Positions 9,193-19,237 of a stretch of 51,645 nt of DNA are shown one piece after another. The notes under the pieces are model-generated. The model did no database searches, had not been told where the DNA came from, and saw nothing but the letters and a program-made list of their open reading frames with translations. Positions within the stretch are counted from its first letter, which is position 1. Each line of letters starts with the position of its first letter. The DNA comes from Treponema sp. (GTDB lineage Bacteria; Spirochaetota; Spirochaetia; Treponematales; Breznakiellaceae), in contig JAIRQD010000028.1 in NCBI GenBank assembly GCA_031256655.1, positions 1 through 51,645 on the forward strand, given 5' to 3'. Both the position numbers and the translations under genes were made by a program.

Positions 9193-10593
9193 TTATCGGT
9201 CGAAAGATGACCGCACGTCCAGTTCGCTTCGATATTTTGTCACGGTCCGGCGCGCCATGACAATGCCCCGTTTTGCCAAAAGGCTAACAATGTCGTTGTC
9301 CGAAAGGCGCGCTTTTTCTCCTTGTATAATCTCTTTGATAATTTCTTTCACGCCTTCTTTTGAAAACTTTGACGTGGATGAACCAATGCCTGAAATTGAG
9401 TTTGTAAAAAAATGGCGTATTTCAAAAATTCCCCATTCTGTCTGCACATATTTTCCGCGCGCAATGCGGGACACCGTTGTTTCATGGAGCTTGAGTTCCC
9501 GCGCAATATCCTTAAGCGTAAGCGGGCTTAAAAACTTTGGCCCTTTAATAAAAAAGGCACGCTGAAACTCCACAAGCGCCCGGCACACCCGCAAAAGTGT
9601 GTGATTTCTTGAGTTTACCGAGTTGATAAACCATCTGGCTTCCTTGATATTTTCCTGTGCGAAATCTCTTTCAGGCTTTTTCTCCGCGCTTTTTTCACTT
9701 CCATGCGCAGGCAAAGCCTCTCCGGCGGCGACTTTCATAAAAAACGGGTTTATCCCCAAAATCGGGATTTCCTCTTCGTTAAGGATAATTACAAACTCAC
9801 CTTCTTTTTTAAGAACCTGAATATCCGGTATTACATACCTAATTTCTGCTGCGCCAAAACGACGGCCCGGAAACGGGGACAGTTCTTTGATCCGCAGAAA
9901 AATATTCGCCGCGTCTTTTTCCCGAATGCCCATAAGCTTTGCAACTTCAGCGGTTTTGCCGCGTTCCAAAAGCTCAAGGTAGGAAAGCGCTTCGGTAATC
10001 CCGCTTGGAGCATCGCTTAAAAATCTGGCTTGCACGTTAAGGGACTCAAGGTAGTCTTTTGTGCACGTCCCCACAGGATCAAGTTGTTGCACAAAATTAA
10101 GCGCCCGCTCAATTTTTTCCTTCGCCTCGCCTTTCAAGAGAACTTCCACAGGCTCGCGGTGAAACCCATCATCATCGAGGTTTTGAATTAAAAGCTCGCA
10201 CAAACGCAGCACTTCCTCGTCTGTTCTCCCAAGTCTAACCTGCCACAAAAGATGCTCTTGCAGGGTTTCAGGATGCGAAAGCGTGCCTTCGATAAACCGG
10301 TGCTGTTCGTCACTTGCCGCTTCCCCGCCGCCTTTTGCAAAGCCTGAACCTGCCGCCTCAAAATAGTTTTCATCATCATAATCAAAAGCTTCTTTCGGCG
10401 AAACAGTTTCCGCTTCCAGAGAAACAGTTGAGTTATCTAAAAGAACCTCCAACGCGGGATTCCGTTCAAGCTCCTCAGCAATCTTTTCACGCAGATCAAG
10501 TATGGGAAGCTCAAGCAGCTTAATAGCCTGGTAAACTTGAGGGTTCATCATAAACTTCTGGCTCTGCGCCATTGACGGCCGCTGGAGATGCAT
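9193..10593 (-). CDS. rpoN: RNA polymerase sigma-54 factor
   Basis: RpoN box ARRTVTKYR, the HTH LTLKDIARELKLHETTVSRI, and an N-terminal Q/L-rich region. I trimmed the start to the ATG at 10593 (10572 is an alternative). The 10710 start would overlap the upstream HAD gene by 59 nt. Confidence 0.9.
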   Translation of the reverse strand: MHLQRPSMAQSQKFMMNPQVYQAIKLLELPILDLREKIAEELERNPALEVLLDNSTVSLEAETVSPKEAFDYDDENYFEAAGSGFAKGGGEAASDEQHRFIEGTLSHPETLQEHLLWQVRLGRTDEEVLRLCELLIQNLDDDGFHREPVEVLLKGEAKEKIERALNFVQQLDPVGTCTKDYLESLNVQARFLSDAPSGITEALSYLELLERGKTAEVAKLMGIREKDAANIFLRIKELSPFPGRRFGAAEIRYVIPDIQVLKKEGEFVIILNEEEIPILGINPFFMKVAAGEALPAHGSEKSAEKKPERDFAQENIKEARWFINSVNSRNHTLLRVCRALVEFQRAFFIKGPKFLSPLTLKDIARELKLHETTVSRIARGKYVQTEWGIFEIRHFFTNSISGIGSSTSKFSKEGVKEIIKEIIQGEKARLSDNDIVSLLAKRGIVMARRTVTKYRSELDVRSSFDR

Positions 10594-10651
10594 ACTACCA
10601 CTATTGATTGACCTATGGTGGTTTGTCAAGGTTTTGTCAAACTTGTCAGGT

Positions 10652-11314
10652 TTAGCTGAACAGTTCCGCCGCCTCTCCAAGGTCTGTATAGCGGCGCCAG
10701 ACTGCCGCAAGAATTTCAGGCGGTGGCTCCACTGTGTCTTTTACAAAAACTGAACGAATGCCCGCCGCGTGAAGACCTCTAAGCCCCGCAGGTGAGTCTT
10801 CAAAGCCGACGCAGGAAGAAGGTGCTTTGCCTATACGCTCGGCGGCAAGCAGAAAAATATCGGGGGCAGGTTTCCCGTTGGCGATTTCATCACCGCCTGC
10901 CAGTGCGTCAAAGCGCGGGAAGATTCCGGTTTTTTGGAGTTTTTCAATGGCGCGGGCGCGGCGGGTAGACGTTGCAACCGCCAGTGGAATTCCTTTAGCG
11001 GCAATGGAATCCAAAAGTCTGATAAGCCCTTTTTTTAAGGCTATCCCCTTGTTAAACTCAATTTCTACAAGCCTGTTAAACTCAACAAGTATTTCATCAT
11101 AGGGAAAGTCTTTGCCGCACTCTTCCAAAAAAAGCGCTTTTGTGTCTTTGCCGTTTAATCCAATGCCTCGTATAACCGTTCCGGTATCAATTACTTTACC
11201 AAAATGTTTGGCGGCTTCCGCCCAAAGCGGAATGGTTGGCTGTTCGGTGTCAAGCATAAGGCCGTCCATGTCAAAGATAGCCCCTTCAAATCGAGGTATT
11301 GTGTTATTACCCAT
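10652..11314 (-). CDS. HAD-IA family hydrolase (beta-phosphoglucomutase-like)
   Basis: Motif I is FDMDGLMLDTE. Later motifs are ATST and GDEIANGKPAPDIF...FEDSPAG. Confidence 0.8.
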   Translation of the reverse strand: MGNNTIPRFEGAIFDMDGLMLDTEQPTIPLWAEAAKHFGKVIDTGTVIRGIGLNGKDTKALFLEECGKDFPYDEILVEFNRLVEIEFNKGIALKKGLIRLLDSIAAKGIPLAVATSTRRARAIEKLQKTGIFPRFDALAGGDEIANGKPAPDIFLLAAERIGKAPSSCVGFEDSPAGLRGLHAAGIRSVFVKDTVEPPPEILAAVWRRYTDLGEAAELFS

Positions 11315-11344
11315 ATCAGATATTATATCACAAAATTCCAGCTT

Positions 11345-11372
11345 TTGACATCACCTGTTACAAACGTATATA
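11345..11372 (+). promoter_or_regulatory. Candidate sigma-70 promoter, possibly producing a leaderless mRNA
   Basis: TTGACA-16-TATATA. The -10 ends 8 nt before the ATG at 11381, and there is no correctly spaced SD. Confidence 0.4.
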
Positions 11373-11380
11373 TTTAGGAC

Positions 11381-12364
11381 ATGAACATTGATACGCATCA
11401 AGAGCTTCTTTTTAACCGCCTTTCAAAACGCTTCAGGCATCTGAAAAAATGGGCAAGGCGGATGAACATTAACGCTTTTCGCCTTTATGACCGCGATATT
11501 CCTGAAATCCCTTTGGTGCTTGATATTTACGACGATGCCGTTTCAGGTGCCTTGTATGTCCGCCGTGAAAAAAACGCCGGTATGGAGGAGCGGTATACGC
11601 AAGTCTGGCTTTCGTCCATGAAAACCGCCGTTGCCCGCTCTCTGGACATAAGCGACAGCCGCGTTTTCTTAAAAGAGCGCAGGCGGATGCACCAGCGGCA
11701 AGAGGGAGACCAGTACACAAAAGTGTCAGCATCGGGCTTTTATCGCGATGTGCGCGAGGGGGATATGCGTTTTCGGGTAAACTTATCCGATTACCTTGAC
11801 ACAGGGCTTTTCCTTGACAGCCGAAAAAAACGCGCACTCATCCGCGGCGCTTGCGATGGAAAACGCGTCCTTAACCTTTTTGCCTATACAGGAACCCTTT
11901 CGGTGTGCGCAGCCATTGGCGGGGCAAAACACGTGGATTCGGTAGACCTTTCAAACACATACCTTGAGTGGGCAAAAGTAAACTTCGCGCTTAACGGGCT
12001 TCAAGCGTCTTACGAAAAAGGGGAAATGCCGTTGATACGCGAGAATGTCATTACGTTTATCGCGGAAGCTCTGCGTAACAAGCTCACGTGGGATGTTATT
12101 ATCCTTGACCCGCCCGCTTTTTCCAACTCAAAAAAAATGCAGGGCACCTTGGACATACGCCGCGATCACGAGGCTTTAATAAAGCAATGCCTGTCGCTTT
12201 TAAAAAGCGATGGAACGCTTTACTTCAGCTCAAACGCAAAGGGTTTCAGCCTTGAAACGGGTGAGACAGCGAATTACAGCGTAAAAGACCTGCGCCCGCT
12301 TTTCACCGATGAAGACTTCAAAGGAAAGCGGATGCCGGCCAACTACTCTATTAAACTTCTTTGA
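11381..12364 (+). CDS. Class I SAM-dependent rRNA methyltransferase (RlmK/RlmI-like)
   Basis: [31 protein letters not shown] and ILDPPAF motifs. Confidence 0.75.
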   Translation: MNIDTHQELLFNRLSKRFRHLKKWARRMNINAFRLYDRDIPEIPLVLDIYDDAVSGALYVRREKNAGMEERYTQVWLSSMKTAVARSLDISDSRVFLKERRRMHQRQEGDQYTKVSASGFYRDVREGDMRFRVNLSDYLDTGLFLDSRKKRALIRGACDGKRVLNLFAYTGTLSVCAAIGGAKHVDSVDLSNTYLEWAKVNFALNGLQASYEKGEMPLIRENVITFIAEALRNKLTWDVIILDPPAFSNSKKMQGTLDIRRDHEALIKQCLSLLKSDGTLYFSSNAKGFSLETGETANYSVKDLRPLFTDEDFKGKRMPANYSIKLL

Positions 12365-12560
12365 TGTTGTATTTTTTGCGGAAGCGCTCGATACGTCCGG
12401 CGGTGTCAACCAACTTTTGCTTGCCGGTAAAGAAGGGGTGGCAAGCGGAGCAAATTTCCACTTTGATGTCCTTTGCGGTAGAACGGGTTTCAACCACGTT
12501 CCCGCAGGCGCAGCTAATCTTGGTCATCTCATATTTGGGATGAATCTTCTCTCTCATCAA
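12351..12560 (-). CDS. rpmE: 50S ribosomal protein L31
   Basis: KIHPKY...CACG...[17 protein letters not shown] lies 5 nt upstream. Confidence 0.95.
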   Translation of the reverse strand: MMREKIHPKYEMTKISCACGNVVETRSTAKDIKVEICSACHPFFTGKQKLVDTAGRIERFRKKYNIKEV

Positions 12561-12601
12561 AATCCTCCATGTCCAACCTCGGCATTCAGCCGGTTTAAGG
12601 A

Positions 12602-14509
12602 CTAATCCGCAGATGCGGTTCCTGTATTCATTGACCTCAGGAATGCCTCATTATTCCTGGATTTCTTCATCCTGTCAACCAGGAGCTCAATAATCTCAAT
12701 GTCGTCCATCGGGTTGATAACCTTGCGCAGAACCCAGATTTTCTGAAGCTCTTCTTCGGTTAAAAGCAGTTCTTCCTTCCGCGTGCCTGAACGTTTAATA
12801 TTTATCGCCGGGAAAAGCCTTCGGTCAGAAATGCGGCGATCAAGATTTATTTCCATGTTGCCGGTACCTTTGAACTCTTCAAAGATAACCTCATCCATTC
12901 GGCTGCCGGTTTCAACAAGCGCCGTGGAAATAATTGTCAGGCTTCCGCCTTCTTCGATGTTTCTTGCCGCACCAAAAAAGCGCTTGGGCTTGTGAAGCGC
13001 GTTGGAATCAACACCGCCTGAAAGGATTTTGCCCGATGTCGGCACGGTCTGGTTGTACGCGCGGGCAAGGCGGGTGATGGAATCCAGCAAAATCACAACG
13101 TCCTTTTTGTGCTCCACAAGCCGTTTTGCCTTTTCAATAACCATTTCAGTCACCTGCACATGGCGGCTTGCCTGCTCATCGAAGGTCGAAGAAATAACTT
13201 CCGCCCGCACCGTCCGTTCCATGTCGGTAACCTCTTCGGGGCGCTCATCAATAAGAAGCACAATAAGATACACTTCAGGGTGGTTTTTGGTGATGGCGTT
13301 GGCGACCCTTTGCATCATTATGGTTTTTCCGGTGCGCGGCGGGGCGACAATAAGTGAGCGCTGACCTTTCCCAATGGGGCAAAAGAGGTTTATAACGCGC
13401 TCGCTTACGCCCTCGGTGGAAACTTCCAAATCCAGTTTTTCGTTCGGGTACAGAGGCGTGAGGTTATCAAAGGGGATGCGGTTTTGCGCCACTGTGGGAT
13501 CGTCGTAATTGACCGTTTCTACCCGCAGCATCGCAAAAAAGCGCTCGCTTTCTTTTGGGCTTCTGATTTGCCCGTAAACGGTGTCACCGGTTTTTAGGGC
13601 GAAAAGCCGTATTTGGCTTGGACTAATGTAAATGTCATCAGGGCCCGGAAGGTAAGAGTTTTGCGGGCTGCGCAAAAACCCATAACCATCAGGCAGTATT
13701 TCAAGCGAGCCATACGCGTAAATGATCCCGCCGCGCGCGGTGTGGGCTTTGAGAAGCGAGAAAATAATTTCCTGCTTTTTCATGTTAACCAGGTCGTCGT
13801 GGGAAATACTGTAAACAATAGCCAGTTCCCGCAAGTCAACCATGTTAAGGCGGATGAGCTCGTTTATTGTGAGCCTGGGTTTACCGTTGTCTTGATCAAG
13901 GCGCGGCTCAGGGCGGCCGTAAATTTCAGGCATTGACGGCAAGCGCGGGAAAGCCGGAAGCGGCCCCAATACGGGCGCTGGTTCCCTGAAAGGAAATGCT
14001 TTGCCTTCCCCTGAGTTTCCGTTTGCAGTTCCGTTACTCACATCAGACCAGCGCGAAGTTGCATGGCGTGAATCATCCCCCGAGGTCTGTGCGCCGCTTT
14101 CACGATGCATGCGCGTTTCCTTATACGAAGTGCCGCGGCGTGGGTGGGTGCGCACCACAACAGTTTTCCCTTCTGCGCGATCTTGCGGCTCACTGCGAAA
14201 AGAACTACCCTCCATGCCCGGTTCATCCTGCCCGCCATGCTCGTTTACGTCGTCTGTTTCCCCTTCGTGATCACCGCTTGGCTTTTCATCAGTTGTTTCT
14301 GTAAGGGAATGCGAGTCTGTCTGCGGGTGAACTGAAGCGTTTTCCCCGTTTTCAGATTCATGCTCACTTTCATTACTTTGAGCGCCGGATTCGCTTCCCT
14401 CCAAGGGGGCAGAATCAGAGACACCTGTGTGTTCAGGTACCTCATTAATTCCGGGCAAAGCTTCACCTTCCAAAGTTTTTACTTTTCGACTTCTTCTCAC
14501 AATTGCCAT
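12602..14509 (-). CDS. rho: Transcription termination factor Rho with a ~215 aa acidic N-terminal extension
   Basis: Walker A PPRTGKT and [34 protein letters not shown]. The Rho core begins near aa 213 ([17 protein letters not shown]). GGAG precedes the ATG at 14509. Confidence 0.9.
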   Translation of the reverse strand: MAIVRRSRKVKTLEGEALPGINEVPEHTGVSDSAPLEGSESGAQSNESEHESENGENASVHPQTDSHSLTETTDEKPSGDHEGETDDVNEHGGQDEPGMEGSSFRSEPQDRAEGKTVVVRTHPRRGTSYKETRMHRESGAQTSGDDSRHATSRWSDVSNGTANGNSGEGKAFPFREPAPVLGPLPAFPRLPSMPEIYGRPEPRLDQDNGKPRLTINELIRLNMVDLRELAIVYSISHDDLVNMKKQEIIFSLLKAHTARGGIIYAYGSLEILPDGYGFLRSPQNSYLPGPDDIYISPSQIRLFALKTGDTVYGQIRSPKESERFFAMLRVETVNYDDPTVAQNRIPFDNLTPLYPNEKLDLEVSTEGVSERVINLFCPIGKGQRSLIVAPPRTGKTIMMQRVANAITKNHPEVYLIVLLIDERPEEVTDMERTVRAEVISSTFDEQASRHVQVTEMVIEKAKRLVEHKKDVVILLDSITRLARAYNQTVPTSGKILSGGVDSNALHKPKRFFGAARNIEEGGSLTIISTALVETGSRMDEVIFEEFKGTGNMEINLDRRISDRRLFPAINIKRSGTRKEELLLTEEELQKIWVLRKVINPMDDIEIIELLVDRMKKSRNNEAFLRSMNTGTASAD

Positions 14510-14661
14510 TGATTACTCCACTGCTCCGCAATCTCGCATTCCCATTATAAGAATACTGATATGTGTCTTTTCACTCTTTTTATTGATTATTTTTGTCCGT
14601 GTAAAAGGCTTAACGCCCCGATCCAAAGCGCAAGCAAAACTATATACGACAATTTATTCGC

Positions 14662-14690
14662 ACAATAGTACAAAAATCCCCTTTTGTCAA
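14662..14690 (-). promoter_or_regulatory. Candidate sigma-70 promoter for rho
   Basis: TTGACA-17-TATTGT on the minus strand, about 150 nt upstream of the rho ATG. Confidence 0.4.
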
Positions 14691-14698
14691 TATGTTTT

Positions 14699-15238
14699 CT
14701 ACGTTCGGTTTATTCTGTCAAGAAGCGTTTCCAATGCCGCGGCAGCCGCAGCCTCGCGCACTTCATTTCGGCTTCCTGAAAAACTGAACATCTTTGCGTC
14801 CGACCAAAATGAATCTTGCGCCTTTTCATTTCTGCCGGAAATCGCTATCCAGACCGTGCCGACAGGAGCATCCGCACTGCCGCAACCCGGCCCCGCAAAG
14901 CCTGTAACCGAAAACGTCCACGAAGCGCCGCTTTTTTCAAGCGCTCCCTCTGCCATTGCCAGCGCAACCGGACGGCTAACCTCCCCATGCTCTCTTATTA
15001 ATTCCTCGCTTACTCCGATTTGCTTTATTTTGGCATCAGTTGTGTAGGCGACAAATGCCCCCCAAAAAACTTTTGAGGCACCGGGAACTCGCGTGATGAA
15101 ATCGGAGGCAAGCCCTGATGTGCATGATTCAGCGGCGGCAATTGTTTTTTGCCGCACCGCAAGGCTTCTGACAACTTCTTCCGCCAAAGGCTGCGCTTTG
15201 CCAAAATAAGCCAATGCGGGAGTCAAAATGCTAGGCAC
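14699..15238 (-). CDS. CinA C-terminal domain protein (PncC-like nicotinamide-nucleotide amidohydrolase)
   Basis: AAAESCTSGLASDFITRVPGAS and FVAYT motifs. Stand-alone C-terminal domain. Confidence 0.8.
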   Translation of the reverse strand: MPSILTPALAYFGKAQPLAEEVVRSLAVRQKTIAAAESCTSGLASDFITRVPGASKVFWGAFVAYTTDAKIKQIGVSEELIREHGEVSRPVALAMAEGALEKSGASWTFSVTGFAGPGCGSADAPVGTVWIAISGRNEKAQDSFWSDAKMFSFSGSRNEVREAAAAAALETLLDRINRT

Positions 15239-15650
15239 CGGTTCGCGTCAGTTCAGCTTTTATTTCCTCCGTAGGGCGGGAGAAAATCTCGACATCTTTG
15301 CTAATGCCGGTCATACTGCATTGACCTTCAAATAAAACGCCGTCGGCAATACGCAGACGGGCGGCGCTGACATCCCCGCGCACTTCCGCTCCCGGAAACA
15401 TATCAACTTTGTCCTTGGCGCGCACAGCCCCAACGACTGTTCCGTAAACCAAAAGTGAATTTACCGAAATATGATCCGCTTCCACCACCGCTCCTTTTTC
15501 AACGATAAGGGAACCTGACGCATCAATAGTACCCTTAAACTTGCCCTTTATGCACAACGTTTCCCTAAAGCGTAAAAATCCGTTAAAACTTGTACTTTTG
15601 CCAAAAACGACTACACTGCTTTCTTTCTTTTTTCCGTCTTGCTTGCCCAT
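15231..15650 (-). CDS. Bactofilin family cytoskeletal protein
   Basis: Repetitive beta-helix pattern (GKFKGTIDASGSLIVEKGAVVEADHI...GAEVRGDVSAARLRIADGVLFEGQCSM). Confidence 0.8.
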   Translation of the reverse strand: MGKQDGKKKESSVVVFGKSTSFNGFLRFRETLCIKGKFKGTIDASGSLIVEKGAVVEADHISVNSLLVYGTVVGAVRAKDKVDMFPGAEVRGDVSAARLRIADGVLFEGQCSMTGISKDVEIFSRPTEEIKAELTRTGA

Positions 15651-15659
15651 TAAAACTTG

Positions 15660-16400
15660 TTACTCCTGAACCGGATTCCCGCGCATTTTAGTCTCAAGCT
15701 GGGGAAGATCGATTTCGCTTTTTCTAAGGCGCTCCCATTCAGCATCGGTTTTATCAATGCGCCCTTTCAAGTCCGTTACGTGCTTTTTTATAACACCGGA
15801 TTTTTCTGAAATTGTTTTAAGATGTTTTACGGTATTTTTTCCGTCACCTGTTTTGCCTGCGCCGGAAGCATTAAGAGCGTCAACCGATTCGGAAAACGAA
15901 GCCGCCGCCGATTCCAATTCATCGACAGTTTTTTCAAAACCGGACAAACTTTCTTTCATGTCGCTGCACAATTGTTCGGCAAGGCTTAAGCGCGATTCGC
16001 GTACCAAAAGCTGTGAGTATAACTGGCGGCTTCTCAAAAGCACCTTAATTCTTGCAAGCACTTCAGAAAAGTTAAACGGCTTGGTTATGTAATCGTCAAC
16101 ACCCAACTCAAAACCTGCCACTTTGTCTTTAACATCATCCAGAGCGGAAAACATAACGATGGGAATATCCCAGTGTTTAGGATCGGCTTTTAGTGTTTTC
16201 GTCAATTCCCACCCCGACATCTTCGGCATAATATTATCCAAAAGGATAAGATCAGGTAAAAATTTTTTCGTTTTATCAAGACCCTCAACTCCGTCTTTTG
16301 CCCTTTCCACCGAAAAACCAAGTCTTGAAAACATGACGTCGAATAAATCAAGGTTTATTTCTTCATCATCAATAATCAAAATTTTTGCCTTATTACTCAT
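15660..16400 (-). CDS. Response regulator: receiver domain plus C-terminal coiled coil, no recognisable output domain
   Basis: ILIIDDEE, DLILLDNIMPKMSG and KPF receiver motifs. I moved the start to the ATG at 16400 because AGAGGGG lies upstream. Confidence 0.8.
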   Translation of the reverse strand: MSNKAKILIIDDEEINLDLFDVMFSRLGFSVERAKDGVEGLDKTKKFLPDLILLDNIMPKMSGWELTKTLKADPKHWDIPIVMFSALDDVKDKVAGFELGVDDYITKPFNFSEVLARIKVLLRSRQLYSQLLVRESRLSLAEQLCSDMKESLSGFEKTVDELESAAASFSESVDALNASGAGKTGDGKNTVKHLKTISEKSGVIKKHVTDLKGRIDKTDAEWERLRKSEIDLPQLETKMRGNPVQE

Positions 16401-18204
16401 TAGAATCCCCTCTTTCAAACTTTTTTTTATTATGTGCTTTTTGCTTGACCCCAATCACTCCGGTCATTATACGTGAAAAGCCGCCGGTAATCAACATGGC
16501 AAAAGCCGCGATGGTAAAAGTCAAACCAAGGAAATCGCCAAAGCGTGTATAGATGGTTGTCACGGTCATAATGGGAACTTCCGCGATAAGAAAGGTTTCT
16601 ACAAAAGGCTCTGCCATTGCAATCACACGCCCGTTTGGGTTAATTGCCGCTGTCTGCCCGGACGCGGTTGCGCGCACCATAGAGCGCCGGTTTTCTACGG
16701 AGCGAAAAACCGCCATTGTCAAGTGCTGCATTTGCGAGGAAAGGCTTTGCGCCCACGCATCGTTTGAAAGGTTTACAAAAACTTCCGCTCCTGCAAGGGT
16801 AAACTTGCGGTTTATGTATCCGAATGTATCTTCAAAGCAAATTGGCGTTGCAAACCTAATCCCTTGAGCTTCAAAAATCGTTAATTCCGTTCCCGGATCC
16901 CAAAAAGTGGTGTCCTCTTCCCGCAGCCAGCGGTATATCCACTGGAAAATGCCGTATATTCGGGGAAAGCGATCGCCAAACGGAAAAAGTTCGGCAATCG
17001 GGAAATGCTCGGTGAACGGAACAAGGTGTATTTTTCCGTATACCTCAACAATTTCCCCGCGTTTGAAAAGCAACGCGGCGTTATAATTTATGCTGTTGTT
17101 CCCAAAAGGATTGCGGACAGGATCGCGTATGGCATGGTGATTGCCGATTATAAACGGAACTTCCTGCCCCGCCAAATATTCAAGCAAATCCCGCACCAAA
17201 TACCACGAATCCCGGTCGTCACGGATAGTCAACTGCCAATAAATGCGCGGGACAAAAGCCGTCTCTGACCACACGACAAAATCCACATACGGGTTTGCGC
17301 TCAACGCCTGATCAGAAAGATCGCGCAATACAGAAAAATCGCGAGCGAACTCTTGAAGCTGCTGCCAGCGCGTTGGCGCACGGGCGGCAAGCCACGGATC
17401 GGTGTTGTTTTGTATCAGCGCAAAAGTGGCTTTCCGTTCCTGGGAATAATCAATTTGTGAGGCAAACCCAAAAACAAGCGAAAAAACTAACAGCGCGCAC
17501 CATATTAAAGCCGCGGCTTTTTCAACACGAAAATAAGCTTTGATTTTTTCCGCGCACAAAAAAACCAGTGCGCCAATCTGCCGCACGATTGATAAAAGCG
17601 GCTTTGGTTCCAGCTTCGCGTTTGATTTTGCGGCGCTGTAATTTGAAAGCAGCTTGTTGTCTTCGCGGCTGAAAGCGGAAGCAAGCCACGCGGAAGGGAA
17701 CACAACGAGCGCGGAAACGCCCCAAACGCCTGTAATGGAGGCAATTTGGATGAGCGGGATAAATTGCCATTGGGAATAACCTGTTATGCCGTAGGAATAA
17801 CCCAGAAAACCCAGCGTCCTTAAATACTCGTACGCCATCCACAAGAGAAACTGGAGTATGTAGCCGCGTTTGGGGAAAAGGCGGACAGACAGATGCAAAA
17901 GGAGGAAAAGCACTGCCATATACACCGAATAAACGACACCAACGAGGATGCTTGCAAGCGGGTGAAAAACGCTAAGCCAGTAGTTAAAAAGCCCGTAAGC
18001 CGCATACCCATACAGAGCGCCCAAAATAACGGACGCCCCAAGCCCGGCACGTCGAGTTACCCAGAACACAGGCACATAAGCAAACCACGCAAGAAACGGA
18101 AGACCGTTTTGAAACGGGATGTTTGGAAACATCGCCGCAAATAAAACGGCAGCAACAGCAACCGCGCCGAGATTAACTAAGGAATTCTTAACCCTTCCAT
18201 CCAT
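16393..18204 (-). CDS. lnt: Apolipoprotein N-acyltransferase
   Basis: N-terminal polytopic region plus a C-terminal nitrilase-fold domain (VVWSETAF, ICFED). Confidence 0.8.
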   Translation of the reverse strand: MDGRVKNSLVNLGAVAVAAVLFAAMFPNIPFQNGLPFLAWFAYVPVFWVTRRAGLGASVILGALYGYAAYGLFNYWLSVFHPLASILVGVVYSVYMAVLFLLLHLSVRLFPKRGYILQFLLWMAYEYLRTLGFLGYSYGITGYSQWQFIPLIQIASITGVWGVSALVVFPSAWLASAFSREDNKLLSNYSAAKSNAKLEPKPLLSIVRQIGALVFLCAEKIKAYFRVEKAAALIWCALLVFSLVFGFASQIDYSQERKATFALIQNNTDPWLAARAPTRWQQLQEFARDFSVLRDLSDQALSANPYVDFVVWSETAFVPRIYWQLTIRDDRDSWYLVRDLLEYLAGQEVPFIIGNHHAIRDPVRNPFGNNSINYNAALLFKRGEIVEVYGKIHLVPFTEHFPIAELFPFGDRFPRIYGIFQWIYRWLREEDTTFWDPGTELTIFEAQGIRFATPICFEDTFGYINRKFTLAGAEVFVNLSNDAWAQSLSSQMQHLTMAVFRSVENRRSMVRATASGQTAAINPNGRVIAMAEPFVETFLIAEVPIMTVTTIYTRFGDFLGLTFTIAAFAMLITGGFSRIMTGVIGVKQKAHNKKKFERGDSNE

Positions 18205-18210
18205 GCTGTT

Positions 18211-18507
18211 TTAAAGGTACCACACATCCCGTTTCAGATCTCTGCCGGATCTGAACGCAACAACTTTATGGGAACTAACTGAAACCGTTTCCCCTGTTTT
18301 TGGATTTCGCGCCTTTTCACGACCTTTCCGCGTTCTGATTTCAAACGTGCCAAAACCCCGCAACTCTATCGTTTTATTGGAGACAAGCGCGTTTCTTAAC
18401 TCTTCGATAAACGAATTTACCACTTTAAGAACATCCTCGCGGTTCGCGCCTGACTTTTCATAGATTGCATCAAGCAGATCGGCTTTGGTTATTTTACCCA
18501 CGGTCAT
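18211..18507 (-). CDS. HU/IHF family DNA-binding protein
   Basis: GFGTFEIRTRKGREKARNPKTGETVSV arm motif. Confidence 0.9.
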   Translation of the reverse strand: MTVGKITKADLLDAIYEKSGANREDVLKVVNSFIEELRNALVSNKTIELRGFGTFEIRTRKGREKARNPKTGETVSVSSHKVVAFRSGRDLKRDVWYL

Positions 18508-18551
18508 GCATCTCCGCCCGCTATTTTCGCGCAGGGAAAACAGCGTATTCT

Positions 18552-18842
18552 TTACTGAGCCGCTTTTATGGAATTAAACAGGCGCTGCATTCTTGATTTT
18601 TTCCGGGAGGCAGCGTTTTTCTTTATTATCCCTTTCTGCGCCGCGGTATCCATTCTCTTTATCATGTCCCTAAGCGCCGTTTCCGCTTCCGTTACCTTTG
18701 CCGGATCACGTTCCGATTTCTGAACCAAAACAACAAACTTTTTCGCGCTGGTTCTGACAGCGGATTTAACCGCCTTGTTCCTAAGCCTGCGATCTTCACT
18801 CTGCCTATACCGCTTCGCAGCGGAATCTTTCTTCTTAGCCAA
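18552..18842 (-). CDS. rpsT: 30S ribosomal protein S20
   Basis: AKKKDSAAKRYRQSEDRRLRNKAVKSAVRT. The track start at 18854 is TTG. A second TTG at 18842 has GGGGG upstream and gives the canonical N-terminus. Confidence 0.85.
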   Translation of the reverse strand: MAKKKDSAAKRYRQSEDRRLRNKAVKSAVRTSAKKFVVLVQKSERDPAKVTEAETALRDMIKRMDTAAQKGIIKKNAASRKKSRMQRLFNSIKAAQ

Positions 18843-18939
18843 AAGAACCCCCAATGTAATATGAGCGTAACATTACGCACTTTTCCCGCGGGCACAACCC
18901 CGCACCTGCCATACGCCGCTTGGCGGCGGGCAATTCCGG

Positions 18940-19110
18940 TTATTTGAACTCCGACGGCCGACGTTCCATGCGCTTGCATTTGCCGCATTCCGCCAGGTTT
19001 TTTACCTTGCCGTTTTCAAAGATAGTCTTCATCTTGACCTCACCACCGCAGCCGCAAAAAAACTTTTGAGTGGCGCTGGCAGTACGTGAGTTTTTACTTG
19101 CCTGTCCCAT
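18940..19110 (-). CDS. Small 56-aa Cys4 zinc-ribbon protein (below the ORF-track cutoff)
   Basis: My own translation: MGQASKNSRTASATQKFFCGCGGEVKMKTIFENGKVKNLAECGKCKRMERRPSEFK. AAGGAG lies 8 nt upstream of the ATG. It fills an otherwise empty ~380 nt gap. Confidence 0.6.
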   Translation of the reverse strand: MGQASKNSRTASATQKFFCGCGGEVKMKTIFENGKVKNLAECGKCKRMERRPSEFK

Positions 19111-19237
19111 AGTATTTCTCCTTAAGCCCGCTTCCAGGCGGAGGCGAACTCATAATCTCTTGCGATAAACATACAATAAACTTAATCGCAGTGTCAACTG
19201 CACGCAAAAGTCCGCCTCCCATTAGCACCTTTGCCGG

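Noticed and set aside
8879-9565. 228-aa plus-strand ORF
   Set aside because: It is antisense to hpf and rpoN, has Ser/Leu/Phe-rich low-complexity composition typical of shadow frames, and has no RBS.
10594-10710. N-terminal 39 codons of the rpoN ORF
   Set aside because: They would overlap the upstream HAD gene by 59 nt and do not resemble RpoN region I. The internal ATG gives the canonical N-terminus.
14427-15047. 206-aa plus-strand ORF
   Set aside because: It is antisense to the rho 5' end, the intergenic region and cinA-C. It is a shadow frame of well-supported genes.
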